From: a virus
Lineage: Duplodnaviria > Heunggongvirae > Uroviricota > Caudoviricetes
IMG/VR virus record: IMGVR_UViG_3300026382_000001
DNA: 64,000 nt
Reading direction: 5' to 3' (one strand)
This document shows, one piece after another, positions 28,244 to 36,367 of the stretch; within the stretch, counting starts at the first letter, position 1, and every line of letters starts with the position of its first letter. A model generated the notes under the pieces. That model did no database searches and was not told where the DNA came from. It saw only the letters and a list, made by a program, of their open reading frames with translations. Made by a program: the position numbers and the translations under genes.

Positions 28244-29042
28244 TATTAATTATATATCTGATCTAAATTTAGATCAGATATCGTTTGATGGTAATATGGA
28301 GGAATATATTGAAAGTATTCTTCCAAATATCAAAGGAGATATTTTAATTATCGCTGGTAATCTAGGTTCGGATTTAAACAAAAATCTTTTATTTTTAAAA
28401 AAAATAAGTCCGTATTATCATAAAATATTTTATGTAACTGGACCAAAAGAAATGTATTTGAATGACGAACATTATTCATTTAATTCAAATTCCTTTGAAA
28501 AATTAAATACTTTAAAACGTATATTAAATAATTTTCCGGAATTTGAAAATATTGTGCTTTTAGATGGTTTTGATAAACAGCGAATAGTTTTAGAAGAATA
28601 TGATAATCTTAGTATTTCTGGACTAAGTATGTTTTGGGATTATTCTGGATTACCTTTAAATTTAACCCACCGGGAAATAAACGATCTTTATAAAGCTACC
28701 GTTAAAGATTATAAATTTATTAATTTTGGTACTGATCATCGTACTGAGAAATTAAATAAATTAAATCCATCTAAATTATTTAAAAATAATTTTAAAAGAC
28801 TTGATAAATTAGAACCGGTCGATATAATGGTTACATATTACTGTCCTCTTAATACGGAAGAATCTTTTCAATGTTTTGATGGAGAATACCATATAAAACG
28901 TTTACAGCCAAAAACGTGGATTTTTGGTGGAATAATGAAGTTTGAGGATACTTTTTATAATAATACCTTATTGACAAATGCTTTTAATCTTAAAAATAAA
29001 ATTAAAACTTTAACAATAAAAACCTCATCAAAGGATATTTAA
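28233..29042 (+). CDS. degenerate paralog of the calcineurin-like phosphoesterase at 32528 (catalytic motifs lost)
   Basis: Same N-terminal I.YISDL.LD architecture as the 32528 ORF, but GD has become GN (IIAGNLGSD) and GNHD has become GPKE. ATG at 28233 with RBS GAGG is preferred over 28191. Confidence 0.45.
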   Translation: MKVNINYISDLNLDQISFDGNMEEYIESILPNIKGDILIIAGNLGSDLNKNLLFLKKISPYYHKIFYVTGPKEMYLNDEHYSFNSNSFEKLNTLKRILNNFPEFENIVLLDGFDKQRIVLEEYDNLSISGLSMFWDYSGLPLNLTHREINDLYKATVKDYKFINFGTDHRTEKLNKLNPSKLFKNNFKRLDKLEPVDIMVTYYCPLNTEESFQCFDGEYHIKRLQPKTWIFGGIMKFEDTFYNNTLLTNAFNLKNKIKTLTIKTSSKDI

Positions 29043-29326
29043 TGAAATTGTTAACAAACCGAGGTGAATGGTTGATAGCGGTGATTATGAGTTTAATCAT
29101 AGTAGTCGCCTTTCAGAGTATTCAATTACAATATTTAAAAAAGTCGTATTTGAAAAATATCCAAATTTTGGCAGATAATCAAAAAACAATTATTAAAAAA
29201 GAAACCAAAATATTCGAATTGATTTCTAAAATTTTAACTTATCAAACCAAAATTATTTTAAAACATGAAAAAATTTTAGATTCGAAAGATAAAATAAAAA
29301 AGAAAAGGAGTAAGAATGAAAGATAA
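29042..29326 (+). CDS. N-terminally membrane-anchored small coiled-coil protein
   Basis: One TM segment (WLIAVIMSLIIVVAF) followed by a K/E-rich helix. Confidence 0.4.
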   Translation: MKLLTNRGEWLIAVIMSLIIVVAFQSIQLQYLKKSYLKNIQILADNQKTIIKKETKIFELISKILTYQTKIILKHEKILDSKDKIKKKRSKNER

Positions 29327-29984
29327 TTTAAATTCTTCTGGAGAATCACGTATGGAAATATTACGATTAAAGGAAGATATATTAAAATTAAAGAAAAAAA
29401 TTAATTTTTACAAATATGATCAATTAACTGGATTAAAAACTAGAAATGATTTTGTTTGGGATTTTAATGATTTGATTTTAAAAGATAAACCATTTATGGT
29501 ACATCTATGCGATATTAATAATTTAAAATCTATTAATACCAAATATGGATATGTTAATGGTGGGGATACTTTAATAAAAAAAATGGCCAAAAAATTAAAA
29601 ACGATTTTTGATCATAGTTTTATTTATCGTATTGGTGGTGATGAATTTGTGGTATTTGATTTTAATTTAAATGAATATAATGATGATAATAATGAATTAT
29701 CCGTTGTATCTAAAGTAATTGAACCGATTTCACACATGGATATTGGGACAGAATCCGAAATAGATATTAATAATATTCTTATGGAAATGGATAAAGATAT
29801 GTTAAAATTAAAAATTAATTTGGATCGCCGTGGAACCAGACAAATTATAAAAGTGCATCATGGTTTAGATATGTGTTTAAATATTGATGGGTATATTGAT
29901 GTAAACTTAAAATATAAAGCTGGTAAACTTAAATTAGAACATAATGGTGATGAATCAGTTATTTATTTAAAAGAAAAGGATTAG
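29316..29984 (+). CDS. GGDEF-domain protein (putative diguanylate/nucleotidyl cyclase) with an N-terminal coiled-coil
   Basis: ..LCDINNLKSINTKYGYVNGGD.. and an intact ..YRIGGDEFVVF.. signature. Confidence 0.55.
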   Translation: MKDNLNSSGESRMEILRLKEDILKLKKKINFYKYDQLTGLKTRNDFVWDFNDLILKDKPFMVHLCDINNLKSINTKYGYVNGGDTLIKKMAKKLKTIFDHSFIYRIGGDEFVVFDFNLNEYNDDNNELSVVSKVIEPISHMDIGTESEIDINNILMEMDKDMLKLKINLDRRGTRQIIKVHHGLDMCLNIDGYIDVNLKYKAGKLKLEHNGDESVIYLKEKD

Positions 29985-29986
29985 AA

Positions 29987-30274
29987 ATGACGTTTGGTAA
30001 AGTAGTAGAGTTAATGAAAATGGATAGTAGTATTAAAGTACAACGTAGTGGTTGGAATGGAAAAGGAATGTATCTTTTTTACGTTCGCCCTGAAACCATT
30101 ATAGTTACTCAAGGTCATCCTTTTAATCGAGTATTTATCGAAGGTACTGAAATTCAAATACAATCATATATTGCTATGAAAACTGCTCAGGATACTATTG
30201 TTCCTTGGTTAGCTTCGCAAACGGATATGTTAGCAGATGATTGGGAATTATTTGGAGGAGCGAAAAGTGAGTAA
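29987..30274 (+). CDS. DUF2829-like small protein (the family that contains the anti-Thoeris sponge Tad2)
   Basis: 95 aa with MTFGKVVELMK....RSGWNGKGMYLF........LADDWELF. The GWNGKG and C-terminal DWE pattern matches what I recall of DUF2829. Confidence 0.45.
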   Translation: MTFGKVVELMKMDSSIKVQRSGWNGKGMYLFYVRPETIIVTQGHPFNRVFIEGTEIQIQSYIAMKTAQDTIVPWLASQTDMLADDWELFGGAKSE

Positions 30275-30686
30275 TTTAAAATATCCGATTCTTAGAGAAC
30301 GTTGGATTAAACTTAGAAAAAATAAAGATAAATCCTCGGAAGATATTATTTTACAAAAGCTTCTTGGATTAATTATCGATAAAACTGCCAAGTTGGCTAA
30401 AGAAGATAAATCAGAGAATTTAACAAAGTATGTTGATAAAGCTATTAAAAGCGAATACAAACAACAGTTAGACTCGTTAAGTAAAGGGGTTAAATGTGAA
30501 ACGGAAATTAAACTTTTAGAAGATATGTTACCAAAAACATTATCCGAAGAAGAAACGGTTAATATTATTTTAGATATTTTAGCTAGAAATAATAAACCAA
30601 ATATGGGATTAGTGATGAAGGAATTAAGAACGATTCCAAATTTAGATATGAAACTAACGTCTAACTTAGTTAAAAAATTATTATAA
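30267..30686 (+). CDS. YqeY/GatB-C-terminal-domain-like protein
   Basis: ..MLPKTLSEEETVNIILDIL.....NMGLVMKEL......KLTSNLVKKLL resembles the YqeY consensus (YLPKQLSEEE..., ...LVKELL). A GTG start at 30267 with RBS GGAGGAG is proposed. Confidence 0.45.
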   Translation: MSNLKYPILRERWIKLRKNKDKSSEDIILQKLLGLIIDKTAKLAKEDKSENLTKYVDKAIKSEYKQQLDSLSKGVKCETEIKLLEDMLPKTLSEEETVNIILDILARNNKPNMGLVMKELRTIPNLDMKLTSNLVKKLL

Positions 30687-30696
30687 GGAAAGAATT

Positions 30697-31008
30697 ATGA
30701 AAAAAGTTATAAAGATATTTACAGGATTATTAATAATAGGTGCAAGTTTATTTGCGGATAGTTCGTCTGGTAAAAATAAATGGAATAATGGTTCAATAGA
30801 TATTGAAACAAGTTTAAATAATGTTTACATTTACGATAAAAAAAATTATTTATTAAAAAACCAAAACCAGTACGAAATGGAAGCAGGTTTACGAGATAGT
30901 ATATATAAAAAACCAAATTTATGTAAATTGGTTAATACTAAACCAGCTATTTTTGTATATATTTATTCAGATGGTGCATTAACAATTACAATAGATGGAT
31001 GTAAATAA
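30697..31008 (+). CDS. small secreted protein (signal peptide)
   Basis: MKKVIKIFTGLLIIGASLFADSS N-terminus. Confidence 0.4.
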   Translation: MKKVIKIFTGLLIIGASLFADSSSGKNKWNNGSIDIETSLNNVYIYDKKNYLLKNQNQYEMEAGLRDSIYKKPNLCKLVNTKPAIFVYIYSDGALTITIDGCK

Positions 31009-31322
31009 TGGAAATTACGATACAATGGTTTTGGTTAATTGGAGTGGTCGTTATGACAATCGAAGCTTTTTTAGCTTGGAAGTGGTTCAATACTGGCTTT
31101 TCAAAAAAATGGGGATATACTTTACTAGTAACTATTATACTAGTAATTATAACTGGAAGAATGGTTAAAATTGAGCAAATTACTAAACGTGATTTTAATA
31201 TTTTACAAACTCAAAATATAGAATCTCATAAAAAGTTACCACCTAAAGTAACGGACGATTCTTTTATCGAGAATGATAAAAATACCAAAAGTATTGATAT
31301 CAATTTTGTTAATGCTCATTAG
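31008..31322 (+). CDS. small membrane protein (2 TM)
   Basis: Two hydrophobic segments: WFWLIGVVVMTIEAFLAW and LLVTIILVIITG. Confidence 0.4.
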   Translation: MEITIQWFWLIGVVVMTIEAFLAWKWFNTGFSKKWGYTLLVTIILVIITGRMVKIEQITKRDFNILQTQNIESHKKLPPKVTDDSFIENDKNTKSIDINFVNAH

Positions 31323-31331
31323 GGATATTTA

Positions 31332-31559
31332 ATGAAGTATCTATACAAAACTTTTATAATTGGATTAATATTTATTGGATATGTATTTAACATATATTTT
31401 CTAACAGTTGATCCAAAAATAAGAGATTACCAATGGGTTAATAAAGTTGGGATAGTGATTATTCCACTTGGATCAGTTATGGGTTTAGTTTATGCACTTG
31501 ATAATATCAAATGTGTTTCATATTGTAAGAGTAAAAATATAAAAACAGAGGAAAAATAA
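31332..31559 (+). CDS. small membrane protein (2 TM)
   Basis: Two hydrophobic segments: FIIGLIFIGYVFNIYFL and IVIIPLGSVMGLVYAL. Confidence 0.4.
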   Translation: MKYLYKTFIIGLIFIGYVFNIYFLTVDPKIRDYQWVNKVGIVIIPLGSVMGLVYALDNIKCVSYCKSKNIKTEEK

Positions 31560-32444
31560 ATGAGAAAAGTTTTAAAAAAATTAATGTTCGTAGTGAGTTT
31601 AGGTTTAGCTATGATAGTAATGACTGGTTGTAATGAACAAGTACCAGCTGGTTATGGTGGAAAGATTCTAGGTAAAAATGGGTGGCAACCAGAGATTTAC
31701 CCACCTTCTAAAGTTTGGGTAGATACTACTTTTACTTTTACTCCAGAAAAATTATTTCTTTATCAAACAACTACACAAAAATTTGTACAACCAATCAAAA
31801 TTCTTTTAAAAGATAAGTTGACACTTAATGCCGAAATAGTATTCCGTGGTAGAATAACTACAAATAAAAAAATCATCAATGGTTTATTTAATGATATGCC
31901 AATGAATGACAATATCGTTCAAACCTCAGAAGTATATAATACTTATGGTAAAATGATTGTACTTAATACGGCTCGAGAAGTAATTTCTAAATATAATGTC
32001 GACGAAGTTAATAAAAATTATGCTCGTATTACTATTGAATTATATGAAGCTATTAAGCCCAAGTTAGAAGGTTTACCTATTCAAATTTCAGATGTGACAT
32101 TGGGAAATATTCAATATCCTAAAATAGTAACGGAAGCTATTGAAAAAGCTAAACAACGTAGAATGGCTATCGAACAGGAAAAAGCTCAAGTACAAATCGA
32201 ATTGGAAAAAGCTAAAGGTAGAGAACAGGTTGCTAAAGCGGAATATCGTATTAAAATGTTAGAAGCAAAACGAATACGCGATTATAATAAAATGATTGAG
32301 CAAGGGGTTACACCAAATCTTCTTAAACTTCGTAAGTTAGAAGTACAAGAAAAAATGGTGGAAGCTATTAAAGAAAATAAAAACGTGGTTTATATGCCTA
32401 TGGATATGATGAATGGTAGCACAAACATGAGAATTATTAAATAG
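31560..32444 (+). CDS. SPFH/band-7 (prohibitin/HflK-like) lipoprotein
   Basis: Lipobox MIVMTGC after the signal peptide. The C-terminal helical region (AIEKAKQRRMAIEQEKAQVQIELEKAKGREQVAKAEYRI) is typical of SPFH proteins. Confidence 0.5.
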   Translation: MRKVLKKLMFVVSLGLAMIVMTGCNEQVPAGYGGKILGKNGWQPEIYPPSKVWVDTTFTFTPEKLFLYQTTTQKFVQPIKILLKDKLTLNAEIVFRGRITTNKKIINGLFNDMPMNDNIVQTSEVYNTYGKMIVLNTAREVISKYNVDEVNKNYARITIELYEAIKPKLEGLPIQISDVTLGNIQYPKIVTEAIEKAKQRRMAIEQEKAQVQIELEKAKGREQVAKAEYRIKMLEAKRIRDYNKMIEQGVTPNLLKLRKLEVQEKMVEAIKENKNVVYMPMDMMNGSTNMRIIK

Positions 32445-32466
32445 CTGGTTGTCGTGAACTAGTTTA

Positions 32467-32500
32467 GAGATAACTATTAATAGTTATCTCTTTTTTATTT
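32467..32500 (+). terminator. perfect 24-bp palindrome GAGATAACTATTAATAGTTATCTC followed by TTTTTTATTT (AGTTATC/GATAACT family member acting as a terminator-like element)
   Basis: A hairpin plus U-tract lies 22 nt after the SPFH gene stop. Confidence 0.5.
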
Positions 32501-32527
32501 ATATATTAAATATAAAAAAGGATAAAT

Positions 32528-33406
32528 ATGAAAGAATTAAGAATAGATTATATAAGTGATTTGCATTTAGATTTTTGGATGAAAGAAGTTAATCCTCAAT
32601 CACCAAAGTTTCAAAAACAATTACAAGAATTTATAAATATGATTCAACCAAAACCAGGTAAAGTTTTAATTCTTGCTGGAGACCAAGGGCATTATTTCTC
32701 TCAGGATTCAGCATTACTTCTGGAACTTAAGAAATACTATGAAAATATTTTAATAGTTCCAGGTAATCATGATATGTATTTAATTAGTAACAAACAGGAA
32801 AAAAAATATAACTGGAATTCTAAAAATAGACTTTTAGAAATGAAAAGATTTTGTAATGAACATGATGGTTTATATTTTATGGATGGTGATGTAATATCTA
32901 TAGATGGTTTTAAAATTGGTGGTATTGGTATGTGGCATGATTGGTCTTATGGAAAAGAACTTGGTTATTCGGATACCGAAATGGAAGAGATTTGGAAACG
33001 GGTTATGAATGATGCTAATTTAATATTTCAAGATTCGAAAAAGAATTATAATATTTCTTTCGGTTATGGGGGAAAAGAAAAAATAGTTCATTTCAAACCT
33101 ATGGAATTATATAAAGAGTACCGAGAAAAATTAGATAAGATGGAACCATGCCATTTAATGTTTAGTCATTATGGACCAATTATTCCAGATAATATTGAGG
33201 AAGATTATAAAGAAGATGAAGTAACTTCATTTTATTATTTTGATGGAGCTTCGGATATTTTTAGATTAAAACCACAGTACTGGATACATGGTCATACACA
33301 TTCAGTATATGAAAGTAACCGTTCTGGTACTAAAGTTATTACCAACCCACTTGGATATCCAAGTGAAAATAGTTATGTAACTATTAAAAGTATTTATTTA
33401 AAATAA
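32528..33406 (+). CDS. calcineurin-like metallophosphoesterase
   Basis: DLHLD, LAGDQGH, PGNHDMY and HGHTH motifs. 292 aa. Confidence 0.6.
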   Translation: MKELRIDYISDLHLDFWMKEVNPQSPKFQKQLQEFINMIQPKPGKVLILAGDQGHYFSQDSALLLELKKYYENILIVPGNHDMYLISNKQEKKYNWNSKNRLLEMKRFCNEHDGLYFMDGDVISIDGFKIGGIGMWHDWSYGKELGYSDTEMEEIWKRVMNDANLIFQDSKKNYNISFGYGGKEKIVHFKPMELYKEYREKLDKMEPCHLMFSHYGPIIPDNIEEDYKEDEVTSFYYFDGASDIFRLKPQYWIHGHTHSVYESNRSGTKVITNPLGYPSENSYVTIKSIYLK

Positions 33407-33416
33407 AGGATTAAAA

Positions 33417-33614
33417 TTGAAAAAAGAATATTTTTATTTTTACTGCGTAGCAATATTTGAAGATGAAAAACAATTAATACTGGATGGTACGATTACCACC
33501 AATAGTCCTATAAAATCATCAGAAGATTTTAAAGAGTTATCTATCCGATTAAAAAATAATTATAAAACCAAAAATTTAGTAATTATGAATTTAAATTTAT
33601 TATTTGAGGATTAA
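33417..33614 (+). CDS. small hypothetical protein (TTG start)
   Basis: 65-aa ORF. Confidence 0.3.
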   Translation: MKKEYFYFYCVAIFEDEKQLILDGTITTNSPIKSSEDFKELSIRLKNNYKTKNLVIMNLNLLFED

Positions 33615-33618
33615 AAAA

Positions 33619-34167
33619 ATGAAGAATAAAATAAGAGAAGTTATTTACGAAGAGATAATTAAAGGACAACATCACGTTTTAACAAAATTGATTTTAAATA
33701 ATAAATTATCCCATTATGAATATTATGTGGGTATTCCTAAAGAACATCCATATTATAGAAAGAGTGATAATATGAAATCTAGATGGTTTAAAGAACCGGA
33801 TAAAAGTCAAGAATATTTATACAAAATAAGTAAATCAATCTCTTTTAATAATACACAAAATCTTAGAAAAGTAGTTAGGAGCTTGAAGGAACCTTTTAGA
33901 ATTAAAAATATAAATGATTTTAATTTTGATAGTGTTGTTGCTTTGGAACATGCTTGGTTATCTTTTAGTGGAAACTTCTACGAGTTTCTAAAAGAGGATT
34001 ATTGTTATTATGGTGGTGGCATGTATGTACCAAGTTTTGGAGATGATTCTTGTAAAAAATCTTCAGAAATAGCTTTAAAATTACTTGGGAATCATTTTTT
34101 AAAGGTACATGATATTAGCCCGAAATATTCCGATTTTAAAATAAACTTTGAAGGAAGGGAAGGATAG
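33619..34167 (+). CDS. hypothetical protein
   Basis: ATG at 33619 with RBS GAGGA. The track start at 33604 is also possible. Confidence 0.4.
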   Translation: MKNKIREVIYEEIIKGQHHVLTKLILNNKLSHYEYYVGIPKEHPYYRKSDNMKSRWFKEPDKSQEYLYKISKSISFNNTQNLRKVVRSLKEPFRIKNINDFNFDSVVALEHAWLSFSGNFYEFLKEDYCYYGGGMYVPSFGDDSCKKSSEIALKLLGNHFLKVHDISPKYSDFKINFEGREG

Positions 34168-34170
34168 TAA

Positions 34171-34578
34171 TTGAAATTATACGAATTAAAAATACATAAA
34201 CGTGATGATTATTTTTATAACCATGATACATTTAGTGTTAAACTTATTAACGTTATTGAAACTATTAAATGTGAATACACTTATAAAGAAAATAAAAAAA
34301 TAATTAGAAATAATACTTTTTTAAAATATAAAATAAAAAATGGTAACGATATAGAAACTATTGATGTTACGGATGGAACTTATTTTAAAACGTTAGACGA
34401 ACTTCTAGAATATTTTAAAAAAAAATATTTTAAAGTTCATTCGGATAAATATTATGATTATTATATGAATATTGATAATAAAGATTCTATCACGTGTGTA
34501 TCAAATTTATCGGCTAAGGGATTAGGATTAACCGAAGGTTATATAGATTTACAAAAAAAATTAAAGGAGAATAAATGA
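34171..34578 (+). CDS. hypothetical protein (TTG start)
   Basis: 135-aa ORF. Confidence 0.35.
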   Translation: MKLYELKIHKRDDYFYNHDTFSVKLINVIETIKCEYTYKENKKIIRNNTFLKYKIKNGNDIETIDVTDGTYFKTLDELLEYFKKKYFKVHSDKYYDYYMNIDNKDSITCVSNLSAKGLGLTEGYIDLQKKLKENK

Positions 34579-35543
34579 AAAAAGTAAAAAGTTTAAATGA
34601 ACTTATAAATGGAGAATATTATTGGATGCATAGTAAAATGATTTTTGATAATGGTTTTAGAAGTTCACAAATGTTAATACACCGTTATCGAAATCTTGAA
34701 GATAGTAGAGCTTATTTTGGGGACCGTATTTGGGCATTTGATGGTAATAACCAAGCTATGGAAAAATATGATATTTATGGACCAGTTCCAAAACCATTTA
34801 GAGGTGATTTAAGCAATCCAAATAATTCACAATCTTCGGAATTTGAAAAAGTATTTGGAAATAATGAAGAATTGGATTTAATGATTGCTCAAATTAGAGA
34901 TAGTTTTACAGAAGAAATTACAAAATATATTCCGGAGAGTAGCGCTTATAGTTCACCTGAATGTGTTTTATTTGCTCTTTATAAAAGTATTGAAGATAAG
35001 TTATCAACTTCAAAAGAGATAACTAAAGGTACTGATAGTTTACTATCAATAGTTGACGTCTCAAAAGAAAATAAATTTGAATTTTTTTGGGGAGGAATAT
35101 TTTCACAATGGGCTAAATATAATTTTACCGATGAATATGGAGTAATCTATAATTGTGCTGAACAGTACATGATGGCTCAAAAAGCAAAAGTTTTTCAAGA
35201 TAAGGAAACGTATGATAAAATTATGGCTAGTACTAATCCAAAAGAACAGAAAGCTCTTGGTAGAAAAATAAAAAATTTTAATGATGAAACTTGGGATAAA
35301 TATAAAATAGATGTTGTTCGAACTGGAACGTATTTAAAATTTTTGCAACATCCAGAATTAAAAGAATATCTTTTAAGTACTGGTAATAAGGTAATAGTAG
35401 AAGCTTCTCCGTATGATAAAGTTTGGGGAATTGGTCTCAGTGAAACAGATCCATTAAGATTAGATCCAAAAAATTGGAAAGGGCAAAATCTGCTTGGTTT
35501 TATTATAATGCAGGTAAGGGAACAATTAAAGGAGATTAAATGA
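34575..35543 (+). CDS. NADAR (YbiA/DUF1768)-domain protein with an N-terminal extension of about 150 aa
   Basis: The C-terminal half has FWGG.FSQW....F......YNCAEQYMMAQKA..F.D......IM.S..P.EQK.LGR.I.NF....W.........G....F.QHPEL...LL.TG...IVEASP.D..WGIGL. Confidence 0.55.
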   Translation: MKKVKSLNELINGEYYWMHSKMIFDNGFRSSQMLIHRYRNLEDSRAYFGDRIWAFDGNNQAMEKYDIYGPVPKPFRGDLSNPNNSQSSEFEKVFGNNEELDLMIAQIRDSFTEEITKYIPESSAYSSPECVLFALYKSIEDKLSTSKEITKGTDSLLSIVDVSKENKFEFFWGGIFSQWAKYNFTDEYGVIYNCAEQYMMAQKAKVFQDKETYDKIMASTNPKEQKALGRKIKNFNDETWDKYKIDVVRTGTYLKFLQHPELKEYLLSTGNKVIVEASPYDKVWGIGLSETDPLRLDPKNWKGQNLLGFIIMQVREQLKEIK

Positions 35544-36316
35544 GATTTATGCAATTAGGAAACGGTGGTGGATTAGATCCAACAGCTACGAATAGTAGTT
35601 TTTTAGTCCAGGTAAAAGATAATGAATATCTATTGTTTGATTGTGGTTTTAATATTATGCAAAGACTTATAGAAATTGAAAATAATCCTTCAAATGAATT
35701 TAATATTGGAATGATTAAATATGTATATGTTTCACATATACATGATGACCATGTCGGGAATTTAGAAACATTAATGTTTTGGAATTATTTTAAAAATAAT
35801 TCCAGTATTACTTTTCTTTATGCAAATGATGAAACGGAAGAATACTTTAAAAATAAATTATTTCCAAAATTATACAATGGTGGTAAAATTGATACAAATT
35901 CTGTTATTAACTCAACAATGATAAAATTATATCATGGTTCTACACAAGGTTATAATATAAAAAAAGATATCAAACATATACAAAGTACTAATGTTTCTAT
36001 ATTGGCATTATATAAAACATTTCATGGTGATTGTCAATCAAATGGTTTGGTTATTATTAATAATATAACTAATACTGCTTTGGTTATAAGTGGAGATACA
36101 AAGGCATCACTGCACTTAGAAGAAGAGATATTATATAAATTAAAAGATTGTAAATCTTCTATAATTTATCATGATTATAGCGATTGGGATTGTCCTAGTA
36201 AAAATGTTCATGCTTGCAAAACAGATTTTGAATGTGAGTATTCTGAAGATTTCCAAAATCAAATTATAAAATATCATGATAATGGCGATTTTATAACCGA
36301 TTGGCAAAATTGGTAA
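35540..36316 (+). CDS. metallo-beta-lactamase-fold hydrolase
   Basis: HxHxDH motif (VSHIHDDHVGN), plus a downstream HGD and a C-terminal H. Confidence 0.5.
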   Translation: MRFMQLGNGGGLDPTATNSSFLVQVKDNEYLLFDCGFNIMQRLIEIENNPSNEFNIGMIKYVYVSHIHDDHVGNLETLMFWNYFKNNSSITFLYANDETEEYFKNKLFPKLYNGGKIDTNSVINSTMIKLYHGSTQGYNIKKDIKHIQSTNVSILALYKTFHGDCQSNGLVIINNITNTALVISGDTKASLHLEEEILYKLKDCKSSIIYHDYSDWDCPSKNVHACKTDFECEYSEDFQNQIIKYHDNGDFITDWQNW

Positions 36317-36341
36317 AAGGATCTTCGGATCCTTTTTTTTA
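36317..36341 (+). terminator. rho-independent terminator AAAGGATC-TTCG-GATCCTTT plus T-run (C(UUCG)G tetraloop)
   Basis: A perfect 8-bp stem, UUCG loop and U9 tract lie immediately after the stop at 36316. Confidence 0.75.
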
Positions 36342-36367
36342 TAATTAAAAATAAATAAAGGAAATTT

